From Felis catus (lineage: Eukaryota), in the NCBI RefSeq assembly GCF_018350175.1, contig NC_058368.1:50469815-50533814 (forward strand): a DNA stretch of 64,000 nt, read 5' to 3'. Under the pieces are notes generated by a model. It made no database searches, was not told where the DNA came from, and worked only from the letters and a program-made list of their open reading frames with translations. Positions within the stretch are counted from its first letter, which is position 1. Every line of letters begins with the position of its first letter. Position numbers and translations under genes: made by a program. Positions 48,330 to 61,243 of this stretch are shown here, piece after piece.

Positions 48330-48670
48330 GTATATATATATATATATATTATATTAGCATTATATATATTTAATATACGCACACATACATGCACATACAC
48401 ACAGTACAAACATATCTATAAAACTTACTTATAAAACCATTATATATAATATATAATAATATAACTTATATAACTTACTTATAAAATATAACTTACTTAT
48501 AAGTTATATAAATATAAGTTATATAACTTATAAGTTATATAAATATAAAATATGACTTACTTATAAAACCAGTATATATAATATATAATAATATAACAAA
48601 CATATCTATAAAACTTACTTATAAAACCATTATATATAATAATTACATAATATTCATATGTATGTGCATA
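48330..48670. repeat. AT-rich complex repeat with direct and inverted copies
   Basis: 46-bp perfect direct repeat at 48406-48451 and 48596-48641; palindromes at 48513-48532 and 48519-48542. Confidence 0.9.
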
Positions 48671-48959
48671 TATGTATCAGTTGATCAAGATAGATAAATT
48701 GATTTACCCACATTTGAGTGACCTCTAAAAATGTCCCTAAAATAATCATCTGATAATGATTGATGAATTATATGTAACTCAATATGAAAAGGAAAATAAC
48801 ATGGTACATTCACTTCATATATGACTGTTTCCTTTGCACATGGTATTTCTGTCATGATATGGATGATTTAAAAATTAGAATAATTAGAGTAAATTCACAT
48901 ATCTAATAGTTTCTCAAAAAAGGAGGAGAAAGAGCACACATGCATAACTAACAATGTAG

Positions 48960-49175
48960 CAGATAACATAACTACAACCAGAGAACAAGGCCTTCTGAGT
49001 GTATAGGAGAACAGAGGTTGCTTTAGCTTGAAACAGAAAAGAGGAAGTTTCATGGAAGAGATATCATTGCACTGGATCTTGGATAATGGTTGAAATTTGA
49101 TGGTGGAAATGCAAGGAATGGGAAGTCTAGCCAAAATGAACACCAAGGATAAGGTATGGAAACAGGAAACTTTCC
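48960..49175 (-). mobile_element. L2 fragment
   Basis: GGAAGTTTCATGGAAGAGATATCATTGCACTGGATCTTGGA is antisense L2 3' region-like. Confidence 0.5.
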
Positions 49176-49554
49176 GTATGTACGGTATTTAAAATGTGTT
49201 TTCAATGAGGTATAAAGAGTCAGCAAAGAGGTCGTGGGGGGTAATGTAGAAACATTATTTTTTTAAACGTAAACCATAGTTTTTTTTTACCTAAGAAATG
49301 AACTTAAAAATAGTTGTATCTATTTCATGAAATTGTAAGAGTTGATGCAGGGAACTTCTTAGTGCCAAACACATAGAAAGCACTTAATACATGGTAGCAA
49401 CTGCTTCCACATTGCAAAATTTTGTACGTGAATTTGAAAGAATGTGTATTCTCTGTTCACACGGAGCTGTGGTCAATTTCTACCAATTAGATCAATCTTA
49501 CTAGATTTTTCAGATCTTCTGTGTGCTTACTTAGTGGATCAATTGTGATCTAGG

Positions 49555-49745
49555 CAGGTGTTGGCAAATTTCAGACAGGATAAATCCACCAGCAGTCTGT
49601 TTTTGTAAATAAAGTATTACTGGAATAAAGCTTGTTTATTTACATAATGTGTCTGGCAGAGTTGCATATTTGCAACAGAAATGTGGCCTTCAAAGCCTAA
49701 AACGTGGCTTTCTGGCCCCTTACAAGAAAAGTTTGCTGATCCTTG
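49555..49745. mobile_element. MER58A-like hAT-Charlie element
   Basis: CAGGTGTTGGCAAA...CTGTTTTTGTAAATAAAGTATTACTGGAA...CTGGCCCCTTACAAGAAAAGTTTGCTGATCCTTG; TCTAG on both flanks. Confidence 0.85.
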
Positions 49746-49824
49746 GTCTAGAGAGAGGCACATTTGAAGAGTTTTGTTACTATTTTCTTTCTGAATTTCT
49801 CCTTGTACTTAGAGCAATTCTTAA

Positions 49825-50044
49825 TTTTTTTTTTTTTTTTTTTTTTTACCGTTTATTCAGTTTTGAGAGAGAGAAACACGGTGAGCGGGGTAGGGACAGA
49901 GAGAGAGGGAGACACAGAATCTGAAGCAGGCTCCAGGCTGTGCTGACAGCTCAGAGCCTGACAGGGGGCTCAAACTCACAAGCCATGAGATCATGACCTG
50001 AGCTGAAGTTGGATGCTTAACCCACTGAGCCACCCAGGCACCCC
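49825..50044 (-). mobile_element. Can-SINE (left member of tandem pair)
   Basis: T23 tail, body, ends CCACCCAGGCACCCC. Confidence 0.96.
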
Positions 50045-50056
50045 AAAGAGCTTCTT

Positions 50057-50287
50057 GTTTTCTTTTCTTTTTCTTTTTTTTTAAATTTTTTCAAGTTTTA
50101 TTTATTTCTGAGAGAGAGAGCATGAGTTGGGGAGAGGCAGAGAGAGAGGGAGACACAGAATGGAGCTCAGACTCCAGACTCTGAGCTGTCAGCACAGATC
50201 CCCATGCGGGGCTCGAACTCAGAGACTGTGAGGTCATGACCTGAGCTGAAGTCAGACACTTAACCGACTGAGCCACCTAGGCGCCCC
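50057..50287 (-). mobile_element. Can-SINE (right member of tandem pair)
   Basis: T-rich tail, body, ends CCACCTAGGCGCCCC. Confidence 0.96.
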
Positions 50288-50744
50288 TTAGAGAAATTTT
50301 TAGTATTGGTATTTTGGTTCTGTTATCTGACGCTTAAAGAGTCATCATGGCATTTAATTTTTATCATCTTGAAGTGTCACTATTTTTCTAATTTATGTTT
50401 TGCAATTAAAATTGTCTGATATCTATATTATCGACTTCTCATACCTCCCTTGTTTGCACTTAATATCTCTTTGTTTTCACTCTTTATCCTTTTAGAGTCA
50501 CCTTTTTATGACTGCATATTTATTTTTAAAATCTAATATGATACAAGGTGAATTTATTCCACTCGCATATATTGTTAAAATTACTGTTCTTAATCTTAAT
50601 TCCAACATTTTATTTTCTATTTTTTTTGCTTTGTACTAATCCATGGAATACATATGTATATGTGTGTCTGTATATGAGAGAGAGAAATGAAAGGGGAGGA
50701 GGAGGGTAGGGGAGAGGAGGGCGTGGAGAGGGAGAGAGGGAGAG

Positions 50745-51253
50745 AGATAGGATCACCTCCAGGTAGTTTAAGCAAAAGAGGATTTTCTACCAGGTACTTC
50801 AATGATTTGTGAAATTGTTGGAAAGGCTGGAAGAGCAGGCTCTGGGCACAGTTGCTTTCTATTAGGATTGCTCTGCTCGGCCATGATTGTGGTGGAGAAA
50901 CCTGAGGGAATGTCTAAGGAAACTATTGAAACAGAAAGATGTGACCATGGCACTCAGTTTGTCACAATCAGGAAAACTGCCATTCCCCTTGTGGCTGTTG
51001 CTTTTTCCTGGGCCACACTGGTTCCATTGTGAACTCTGTCAGAAAATGAATGCTCTCTACTCCATTTCTCTCTCTCTCACTTCCGTGTTCAAATCTCAGT
51101 GAATGGATATGTCTGGTGGATGCTAACACATATCTGGAACCCTAGCACATGGAAGTCTGGGAAATGTAGATTTCAGCTCCCTGTTCTCTGTGATATAGAG
51201 AGGCATTAAAAACTATGTAAATGTGGAGCAAGCCAATCCACCCTATTCATCAC
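50745..51253 (-). mobile_element. old MaLR LTR (MLT1N2/M-like)
   Basis: TAGTTTAAGCAAAAGAGGATTT start; CCCTAGCACATGGAAGTCTGGGAAATGTAG and AAGCCAATCCA near the end. Confidence 0.65.
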
Positions 51254-52480
51254 CTAGTATTCTTTGCCACTTTAAATAATATGTATAGTTTTGAATAATA
51301 TAAATGAGTCTAAATAATACATACACATTTCTATTTCTTGATTTATCCATATTATTTGGAATCTATTGCCTTTCAAATGTGAAATATTAAATATCAAACT
51401 CTGTCTCTGAAATATGGAAGATGAGACAATAAGCTAATTTCTACTCCCATGTTTTCCCCATCTTTGTCATGCTTTACATTAATCATATTATTGTTTTGAA
51501 GTGGTCGAAGTTTAAAGCATTTACATTCTGTCCTGGAACTGTAGTTCACCCAGTGATTGGAGTTAGTGCTACAGGTTTATAGATTTAATTATACTGACAA
51601 ACTTTTCATACAATGGCTTTTCCCTTCTGACTAACTTAACTTGGTATATCTCATGCTTGACTATACTTCATTAGTGAGTTTGTCTACTTTGTAGCATATT
51701 AGTAAAAATTTGAAATAATATATATAGAATGGTGCCTAATAGGTGCTCAATGCAAGGCTATTCCTATTGTCATTTTTTTATTAACAAAGAGAAATGAATC
51801 AAAGGACCAAACTGAGAATATAAAGAAGATAATGGTAGAATACGATTCATGGCATGTAGTAAATAATGAATAAATTTTGAGTTGCATTTACTTCTGAGCA
51901 TCAAGAATGCTAGATTTGAATCTTTCCTGTGACCCTCAACCATATTATGATATATACTAAACTAGAGAACTTGTCCAAGGCCACAGAGTCATTGATTTTC
52001 TGAAATATGACCCAAGAAATATTAAAGAGTCATCTGTGACTTTAGGCAAGTTATCTAGTTTAATGGGCCTCAGTTCAGCCATCTATAAATTGAAACAGCG
52101 TTCATAATCCCTTCAGCCTCTTACTTCTCTATATTGTATTTTCATGACCCTTGGTGGATTACTTGTAACTATTTTTAGAATCTAAGTTTGCCTCTTCCAG
52201 GTGCTCTGATGCTCCTTGACATATTTTCTGTGCTGTGAGTTGATGTGTGTAACAGGGAATGCCAACTAATTCTAATATTAATCTAAGAAAGCTATCATTA
52301 AAACAAAACTTCATGTCATATTTCTCAAAATCAGGGAGTGGAGATCTTTTGCTTATCTCTTGTCACAGGTCTTTTGTAATATGTAAATTAAAAATATTAT
52401 TTTATTTGTATTCAAGTCCCAAGTAGTAGTTTTGGAAAATCTGGAGCCATTTTGGATATTTACTTTTTTAAACACCATGA

Positions 52481-52482
<2 letters not shown>

Positions 52483-52528
<46 letters not shown>
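52483..52528. repeat. (AT)23 microsatellite
   Basis: Read directly. Confidence 0.98.
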
Positions 52529-52531
<3 letters not shown>

Positions 52532-53260
52532 TTTCTTCATGGCTTCCAACAGACTGAAAAGCTCATTAAAATGAGGAATATTGTTGAAATGAAAACAAAA
52601 CAATAAATAAAGAAAAACCTCATGACCTAATAAATGATTTTGGTTATTATAATGATCCTGCAGTGGCCACAGTCTTCTAAAGCTGTGGTCTGGAACATTC
52701 TATTGCACTCATAACTGGATATCATGATATTGGTTTTCTGAAACACAATCCAAGAAAATTTAAAACACTTAAGAACTAACACAACAATGATTTTTCAAAA
52801 CACTCGTATCACTGAAATTGGAGATGATAGGTAATATACCAGTAAAAGCAAAATATTAACATTTGGCAAGAAGACATTTTTTGAGTCTGCAACATGGTAT
52901 GGGAATTTGATTAAGAGGTAACTTCACAGTGGCCAATCATAACCAAGGTTATTACAGAAAAGTTAAACTGTGTCTGCATATTCTCACTAAGTCTATGTTT
53001 AGTGTCTGGAATTCGTGTTAGTTCAAGCGACTATAAATAAAAAACTAGCTGCCACCCAGGCAGCTCTGACTTTGGAATCCCACAAAAGAAAGTGCTAACA
53101 AGAACCGATTTGCAAAATTTAAAAATGAATCCTGTATATTTTGCAGCACGGTAGATTTTGTGAATTGTTTTAGCACAAAGATAGCATCATAAACAATCAT
53201 AGCAACCAGCTCAGAAAGGCCAGATCCCTGGACAACAGTTAAACCTCAGACAATGTTAGG

Positions 53261-53406
53261 TTCCTCCTCCTCCTCCCCTCTTCTCCTTCTTCCTCTTCCT
53301 CCTTTTCTCCTCCTCCTCTTCCCTTCCTCCTCCTCCTCCTCCTCCTCCTCCTCCTCCTCCTCCTCCTCCTTCTCCTCTTCCTCCTCCTCCGCCTCCTCCC
53401 TCTTCT
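53261..53406. repeat. polypyrimidine (TCC)n tract with (TCC)15 core
   Basis: 146 nt of C/T with a single G at 53391. Confidence 0.97.
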
Positions 53407-54118
53407 AACTAGCGTCTGTATGATACTGACTTTGGGAGGAAAACTCTATAAATTATTTGTGTGTATGTTGGTTATTACACAGGCTCGTCCACCTATCAGC
53501 TATGTGACTTTGGGAAAGTCATTTCAACTCCTTGAACTATCTACTGTGGTCATTTTGAGATTTATAGGAAAAAAATTCATGGGAAATAATAAAAATCTGT
53601 GTGGATATAATATTATTGCATAATTGCATTTTGAAAAGAGTGGCATCACAAATTAATTAAACACATATCAATTAGTTAGAAAAAAGTTTTTTTAACTAAA
53701 AAGCAATATTTAAATCCAATGCAATACCTTGATACGTGAGCATTAACAATTCTCATCACTGTTTTCATAACTAAAGTTAACTTTTAATTATTCACAATGG
53801 ATCACCTACATAGTAATTTATCAGCAGTGAGGTTTCATCCCCCCAACAGAAATATTGCACTGGGATATACTTTGATTACCTATCAGTGGGATTTTAATTA
53901 AAATACAATGTGAAATGCTGAAGGTATCTGCAAGGTAGAGCTGTTTTAGGTTTTCTCTATGTATCCTACCAAACCCAGAAAAGGATATTTAAGACATATT
54001 TCAGTTTTACCCAATCTCAACATCCTACAGACCATGAGAAAAGCATCATTGGAAAATTATTTGATAGTCATGTGTTGAATATCTACTGTTTGCAAGACAT
54101 TGTGCTGTGGACTTTGAA

Positions 54119-54305
54119 TAGTGGTTCTCAACTTTGATGAGCATGAGAATCACCTGGATCACTTACTAACCTATATGTAGCCGGGCCCCAGTCTGAGTTT
54201 CTAATTCAGTTGATCTGGAACAAGCATCAAAAATCTGCCTTCTTATCCAGTTCCCAGGTGATGTTGAGGTAGCAGATCTGCAAACCACAAGTTGAGAACA
54301 AATAC
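54119..54305. mobile_element. MER5A hAT-Charlie element
   Basis: AGTGGTTCTCAAC...AGAATCACCTGG...AGTTCCCAGGTGATG...TTGAGAAC. Confidence 0.85.
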
Positions 54306-54350
54306 TTAGATAAAGAGACATGGAATAAAAGAATTCAGACATGAATTCTT

Positions 54351-56895
54351 GTATGTATGTATTTATTTATTCATTTATTCATTCATCCGTTCATTCCAAC
54401 ATAACTAGCATAGAGGGTTATGTTAGTTTCAGGTGTAAAATATATGATATAGTGATTCAACAATTCTATACATTACTCAGTGCTCATCACTATTAAGTGT
54501 ACTCTTAGTCCTGGTAGCCAATGCCTCCACCCACCTTCCTTCTGCTAACCACCAATCTCTTCTCTATATTTAAGAGTCTGTTCTTTTGTTTGTCTCTTTT
54601 TTCTTTTTCATTTATTTTATTCCTTAAATTCTATATATGACTGAAATCATACAGTATTTGTCTTTCTCTCACTTATTTCACATAACATTATACTCTCTAC
54701 ATCCATCCATGTTGCTGCAGATGGCAAGATTTCATTTTTTTATGGCCGAGTAATATTGTATATATAAACTCACCTCTTCATTATCAATTCATCTGTCAGT
54801 GGACACTTGGGCTGGTTCCATAATTTGGCTATTGTAAATAGTGCTGCAGTCAATGTAGGGATGCATATATCTTCTTGAATTAATGTTTTTGTATTCTTTG
54901 GGTAAATACTTAGTAGTGGAATGATTGGATAATATATGGTAATTCTATTTTAAAATTTTTGAAGAACCTCAAAACCTCACTGTGTTTTCCACCAGTTTGC
55001 ATTCCCACCAGAAGTGCGAAAGGTTTCCTTTTGTTGCACATCTTTGCCAACATTTGTTGTTTCTTGCATTTTTTATTTTAGCCATTCTGACAGGTGTAAG
55101 GTGATATCTCCAGATTTTTCATTTGAATTTCCCTGCTTATGAGTGATGTTGATCATCTTTTCATGTCTGTTGGCCATCTGCATATCTTTTCTGGAGAAAA
55201 TTTCCTGGAGAAATGCCTGGAAATGCCTACATTTCCTGGAGAATTGTCTGCTCTGTGTTCTGCCCATTTTAAAATTGGATTATTTGGGGGGGGGTTGGTA
55301 TTGAGTTGCATATGTTCTTTATATATTTTGTATACTAATCCCTTATCACATATGTCACTTGCAAATATCTTCCCCCATTCTATAAGATTGCCTTTTAGTT
55401 TTGTTGATGGTTTCCTCTGATGTGTAGAAGCTTTTTATTTTGATGTAGTTCCAATAGTTTATTTTTGCTTTTGTTTCCCTTGCCTCAGGAGACGTATCTG
55501 GAAAATGTTGCCATGGCCAATGTCAGAGCAATTATTGCCTGTGCACTCTTCTGGGGGTTTCTGGTTTCAAGTCCCATATTTAGATCTTTAATCCATTTGA
55601 GTTTCTTTTTGTGTATAGTAAGAAAGTGGTCCAGTTTCATTCTTTGTCATGTAACTGTTCAGTTTTCCCAGCATCATTTGCTAAAGAGACTGTCTTTTTT
55701 CCCATTGCATATTCTTTCCTCCTTTGTCAAAGACTCATTGACCATACAATTGTGGGTTTATTTTTGGACTCTTTATTCAGTTCCATTGATCTATATGTCT
55801 GTTTTTGTGCCTGTACCATACTGTTTTGATTACTACACCTTTGGTGTATAACTTGAAATCTGGGATTGTGCTACCTCCAGCTTTGTTCTTGCTTCTCAAG
55901 ATTGCTTTGGCTATTTGGAGTCTTGTGGTTCCATACAAATTTTAGGAATTTTTGTTTTAGTTCTGTGAAAATACTGTTGCTATTTTGGTAAGAATTGCAT
56001 TGTATCTGTAGATTGCTTTGGGTAGTATGGACATTGTAACAATATCTGTTCTTCCAATCCATGAGCATGGAATATCTTTGTATTTGTGTCATCTTCAATC
56101 TCCTTCATCAGTATTTTATAATTTTCACAGTATAGGTTTTTCACCTCCTTGGTTAAGTTCATTTCTAGGTATTTTACTATTTTTGGTGTAAGTATAAATG
56201 GGATTATTTTCTTAATTTCTCTTTCTGCTACTTCATTATTAGTGTGTAGAAATGCGACAGATTACTGTATATTGATTTTGTATGCTGCAAACTCACTGAA
56301 TTTATTTATCAAGTCTAGTAGTTTTTTGGTGGGGTCTTTAGGGTTTTCTATATATAGTATCGTGACTTCTGCAAACAGTGGAAGTTTTACCTCTTTCTTA
56401 CCAATTTTAATGCTTTTTCTTATTTTTTTCTTGTCTGATTGCTGTGGCTAGGACTTCCAGAATTATGTTGAATAAAAGTAGTGAGAGTGGACATCCTTGT
56501 CTTGTTTCTGATGTTAGGGGGTAAGCTCAGTTTTTCACCATTGAGTATGATGTTAGCTGTGGGTTTTTCATATATGGCCTTCATTAAAAGTTGAGGCATG
56601 TTCCCTCTAAACCTATTTTGTTGAGGGTTTTTTTTTTTATCATGAATGGATGTTGTACTTTGTCAAATGCTTTTTCTGCATTTATTGAAATTGTTATATA
56701 TTTTTTATCCTTTTCTCTTGTTGATGCAATGTGTCATGTTGATTGAGTTGTGACTATTGAACCAAACTTGCATCCCAAGAATAAAACCTACTTGATTGTG
56801 GTGAATGATTTTTTTCAGTGTGTTGATAAATTCGGTTTGCTAATATTTTGCTGAGTATTTTCACATCTTTGTTCATGAGAGATGTTGGGCCGTAG

Positions 56896-56943
<48 letters not shown>

Positions 56944-57714
56944 TGGTAGTGTCTTTATCTGGTTTTGGTATCAGGGTGATGCTGGACTCACAGAATGAAT
57001 TTGGAAGCTTTCCTTCCTCTTCTATTTTTTTGAGTAATTTGAGGAGTATAGACATTAACTGTTCTTTAAATGTATGATAGAATTTACTTGTGAAGCCATT
57101 GGGTCTTGGATTTTTGTTTGTTGGAAGTTTTTTGGTTACTGATTTAATTTCATTGCTGATAACTGGTTTGTTCATATTTTCAATTTCTTCCTGATTCAGT
57201 TTTGGGAGGTTATATGCTTCTAGGAATTTATCCATTTCTTCTAGGTTGTCTATTTGGTAGCATGTAGTTTTTCATAATATCTTCTAATAATCCTTTGTAT
57301 TTCTGTATTGTCAGTTTTTTTCTCCTCTTTCTGATTTTGTTTATTTGAATCCTCTCTCTTTTTGATGATTCTGACTAAAGATTTATCAATTTAGTTGATT
57401 TTTTCAAAGAACCAGCTCTTGATTTCATTGATCTGTTCTACTGGTCTTTTTTGGTTTCTATATAGTTTATTTCTGCTTAAATATTTATTATTTCCTTCCT
57501 TCTGCTGGTTTGGGGATTTTTTTGTCCTTCTTTTTCTAGTTCCTTGATGTTAATGTTTAGTTGTTTATTTGATATTTTTCTTGTCTCTTGAAGTAGGCCT
57601 GTATGCTATAAACTTTCTTCTTAGAACCACTTTTGCTACAGCCCAAAGATTTTGGGCCACTGTGTTATCATTTTCATTTGTCTCCATGTATTTTTTATTT
57701 GGATTTTTAATTAT
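54351..57714 (-). mobile_element. 5'-truncated carnivore L1 with disrupted ORF2 and 3'UTR
   Basis: ORF2 peptides MDKFLEAYNLPKLNQEEIEN...LPNSFCESSITLIPKPDKDTTK (57235-56940) and [24 protein letters not shown] (from 56162); candidate TSD 15/19 identical at 54332-54350 and 57709-57727; frameshifts and stops throughout. Confidence 0.97.
56901..56936. repeat. (TC)18 microsatellite inside L1 ORF2
   Basis: Read directly. Confidence 0.97.
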
Positions 57715-58580
57715 GACTTGGATTCTTAATTATGCTTTGGTAACAGATAACAATATGTCTGAGGTAAGCCATATAACCTCCACGAGATTCTGTTGGCTCA
57801 TCAGGGTTTGGAAATGCCATTTCTGCTCCAGGTGGACCAGATTGTCCTGAGAGACCTATCTCCTTGGCTGATACAGGTAGACATAGACAAACTTCACTGA
57901 CTCATCTCAGGCTAACCCCCTGCCTCTGTGTGAGATAATTCTGTGTGAGATTTGTTCTGTCTGTGCCTTCAGGCAGGAATCAGCATGCTATGACACACTC
58001 AGGTGCTGGCTCTTAAATGACTGCATTTCTTTCCTCTGTTCTTATCCCTTATGTGGTGATTTCTTAGAGTGACATCATTTCTCATCTTTCTAACTTCTTG
58101 AGGGCATTCCTCTTTTTACCCTAATATACTTCTGAGAATTTTTTTCTTTTTTATAAGCATGTTACTTTTTTTTATAAGAAAAGACTAACTCCTGTCCTTT
58201 TTGTATTGCATTGAGACAATAAAATGAGATAAGCTCTGTATAAAGGTTTATTAGCTACTATATAAGAAATAATAGATTCAAGAAAGGTATTTATAAGTTA
58301 TTTATGTGGTAGAACAAAAATCAAATGAGTTTGGCTTATGTCAAAGAGCTAAATCTGGAACAACAATGGCAGCAACAACAAAAAGAACCAGGTAGGTTCA
58401 GGGGTTGTGGCTAAGTGGGGCACTGAAGGTTAATATGAGCTTAATGCCCTTTTGGGTGGACATGTCTTATAGCCCTTGGAGAATACAAGATTGAAAAGAC
58501 TGGTTTTATACAGATGTACCTGCACCTCTTGGTAATCCAACAACCAACAGTATTATTTCAATAAATCTGTTTTTGTTTTA

Positions 58581-58816
58581 TTTTATTTAAAAAAAAATTT
58601 TTTTTAATGTTTATTTATTTTTGAGACAGAGAGAGACAGAGCATGAACAGGGGAGGGGCAGAGAGAGAGGGAGACACAGAATTGGAAGCAGGCTCCAGGC
58701 TCTGAGCCATCAGCCCAGAGCCCAACGCAGGGCTCGAACTCACGGACTCACAGACCGTGAGATCGTGACCTGAGCTGAAGTCGGACGCTTAACCGACTGA
58801 GCCACCCAGGCGCCCC
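58581..58816 (-). mobile_element. Can-SINE, young feline SINEC_Fc type
   Basis: Perfect 17-bp TSD AATCTGTTTTTGTTTTA at 58564-58580 and 58817-58833; CpGs retained. Confidence 0.98.
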
Positions 58817-59604
58817 AATCTGTTTTTGTTTTAAATACTTCTTATTAATAATAAATAAGACTGATGATTACATTCTATGTGTCACAATGTGAGTTCCTCT
58901 GCTTACATTTTCAGTGGTGTTAAAAATTCAACTGTGCACATGTGTGATTACTGGCTAATAAGCTAGTGCTGGCTTCTCACCCTTCTCTCATTCTCTCTCA
59001 CATCCCAATTCCCCTATTGCCAACTGAAATTTCTGCAAGAAGGGTACTCTTAACCTGAATCAAAGAAATATGATGGAGACAAATTAAAAATGATCTTAGA
59101 GCAACGAAAAGATTGAGAAGCAAAAAAAGAATCTTTCCATCATGAGATAATCACTCATGGAGGGGAAGACATTCTCCTCTCATGGTTCTAGTTTCATATG
59201 ATTGGATTATGATAGTGGAACTTTGAGGAAACTACATGAACGAGAAAAATCCTGGTGATTTTTGAAGTATGGAAGAGACAGTTGGGTCACATTTCTCTCT
59301 CTCTCTGTTTTCACTCATCCTATGAGGTGCTAAGAACTGGGGCTGGCTGTGACTTATGGTTGAGAAACATTTTTACTCCTACAGGACTAAGGGACCAGGA
59401 TGACCCAAGAGAAATTTTGAACTAACATTTAAGAGAAAGGAGAATGGATTTGAGAGTCTAATTAGTTGTATCCAAGTCTTATCTAGCCTTATTCAGCAAG
59501 GAAGAAAATCTAAAGGGGAATCAGGGGAAAATATTGCTGCATCTTCCAGCAGTGGCCCCTCTGGTGTATCTTTCAGGAATTTAAGTTCATAGATGAAATT
59601 ATAT

Positions 59605-59780
59605 AATTCCTGGACTTGCTTCAAAGCAATCCAGTGGAGGGTAGGAGGGATATGTGTGCATGAATATTCATGAATCCAGTTTTGCCATGTATTGTTTATT
59701 GTGGAAACTGGGGAAAAGGTTCATTTTACTATTCTACTCTCAAATTCTATGTTCAAATATTCCTAAAATGAAAAAAAAGA
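59605..59780 (+). mobile_element. old L1 3' end (L1MC5/L1ME3-like)
   Basis: GGACTTGCTTCAAAGCAATCCAGTGG...TTGCCATG...GGTTCATTTTACTATTCT, then A-tail. Confidence 0.65.
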
Positions 59781-60829
59781 GAAATTACTGATTTGATGAC
59801 TTATAGATACATCGTAAGAAAAGAAAACCTAATTTATCCAACTATATTTCAAAATAGTTTTCTTTAGGAAATTTTCAAAATATTATCTAAACTAAGTATC
59901 GATTCATATTGTAACATTGTCATTTTGTGATTGCAACAACAGCTTCTATTACAGGAATAACTAGAAGTTTGTATTTGATACTAACTTCTCAGCCACTATA
60001 CCATTATTTTATGTCATTAGGATCCTGAAGTTATAAGTATAGGCTATCAGATGTGAAAATCAAATCTAAAAATAAGCTTGTCATTTAGATGTTTCTAAAC
60101 ATTCCATTATTTGACAAAATATGTATAAATCTATATTTCTAGAGAATTTTTTAAAATCCATGCACTGTTTGAAAATATGAAGAAACAACTAAGAAGATTT
60201 CCAGTGTAAATGACTAGACTGCTTGTTGCATTTGCAAAGACAAGTGAAGAACTGACAATTAAACATATAATTTGAGAAATTGAGCTTTTCATATAAATTA
60301 CCTAGATTGAATCTTTATGTTATCTGAATTCTCTGGATAAAACTAGCTCTCCACTTTCTTTTACCTTTGTAAATACTGTCTCCCTTAATTTTGTGTGATA
60401 GAGATAAAGTGAGCCTTTTCTAGCACTAAGCTTCAGCTTAAAATAAGCACTAATTTCAAGTAAAAGTGTGGAGTAATTTGGGAACATTTCTTCTGCTGCT
60501 TGAAATGTGTGCAGACTGATTACATAATTATAAAAGCAGTCAGGTGGCTTAATTGGATGCAAGAGTGCTCACTGGGGCAAAACTAGGCGTCTGTACATGT
60601 CTATAATGCATTTCTACATTTTGTACAATATCCACGCATCCTCTTAAAGTGAATTCTTCATGATTCTTTTGCAGAGCTTATTAGTCCCCAAACTTTCCCT
60701 GCACATTAGTATTTTCTGGACCAAACATACCTACCACACCCTTACCGGTCACTAAAATTCAGGAAACATGGAACCCAGAGAAGTTCATCCCTGCTTATGT
60801 ATCTGACCTCATTCTGTTCAATTTGAAAC

Positions 60830-61243
60830 TAAAAACTTCTTCTACCTTAGGGTATTTGCATGGGGAATTCTCAGTCACACTTCGACTCCTAATTATTAGG
60901 TCTAAGCTTGGTACTGCCCTCTCAGAGAGGTCTTTTTGGACCATTTAATCTGTCTGTTTAATCTAATCTAAATCCAGCCCTTTTCACCCAGTCCTTCCCC
61001 CAATGAATCACCCAGTGTCATTTTCTTCAGTGTGTTTATCACTAGTGAAAATTGTCTTGTTTGATTATTTCTGTGTATTTTCTATCTCCCTTTACCAAAA
61101 TGTAAGCTCGATTAGAACAGGGACATCATTTTTTTTTTTTTTTTTACCATGGTCTTTAGAACATTGCCTGACACATGGTTGGTGTTCAAAAAGATTTGTT
61201 GAATAAATAAATGATTGAATGAATGAATGAATGAATGAATGAA
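60830..61243 (+). mobile_element. L2a 3' end with (TGAA)n tail
   Basis: AATGTAAGCTC...TAGAACATTGCCTGACACATGG...TTTGTTGAATAAATAAATGATTGAATGAATGAATG. Confidence 0.85.

Noticed and set aside
5634..50276. Recurrent similar ORFs (MAQSVKRLTSAQVMIS..., ...RERQSMSGGGAERE...)
   Set aside because: They are translations of Can-SINE copies on either strand, not a gene family
55465..56451. Hydrophobic plus-strand ORFs of 128 and 100 aa
   Set aside because: Antisense readings of the T-rich L1 ORF2 strand
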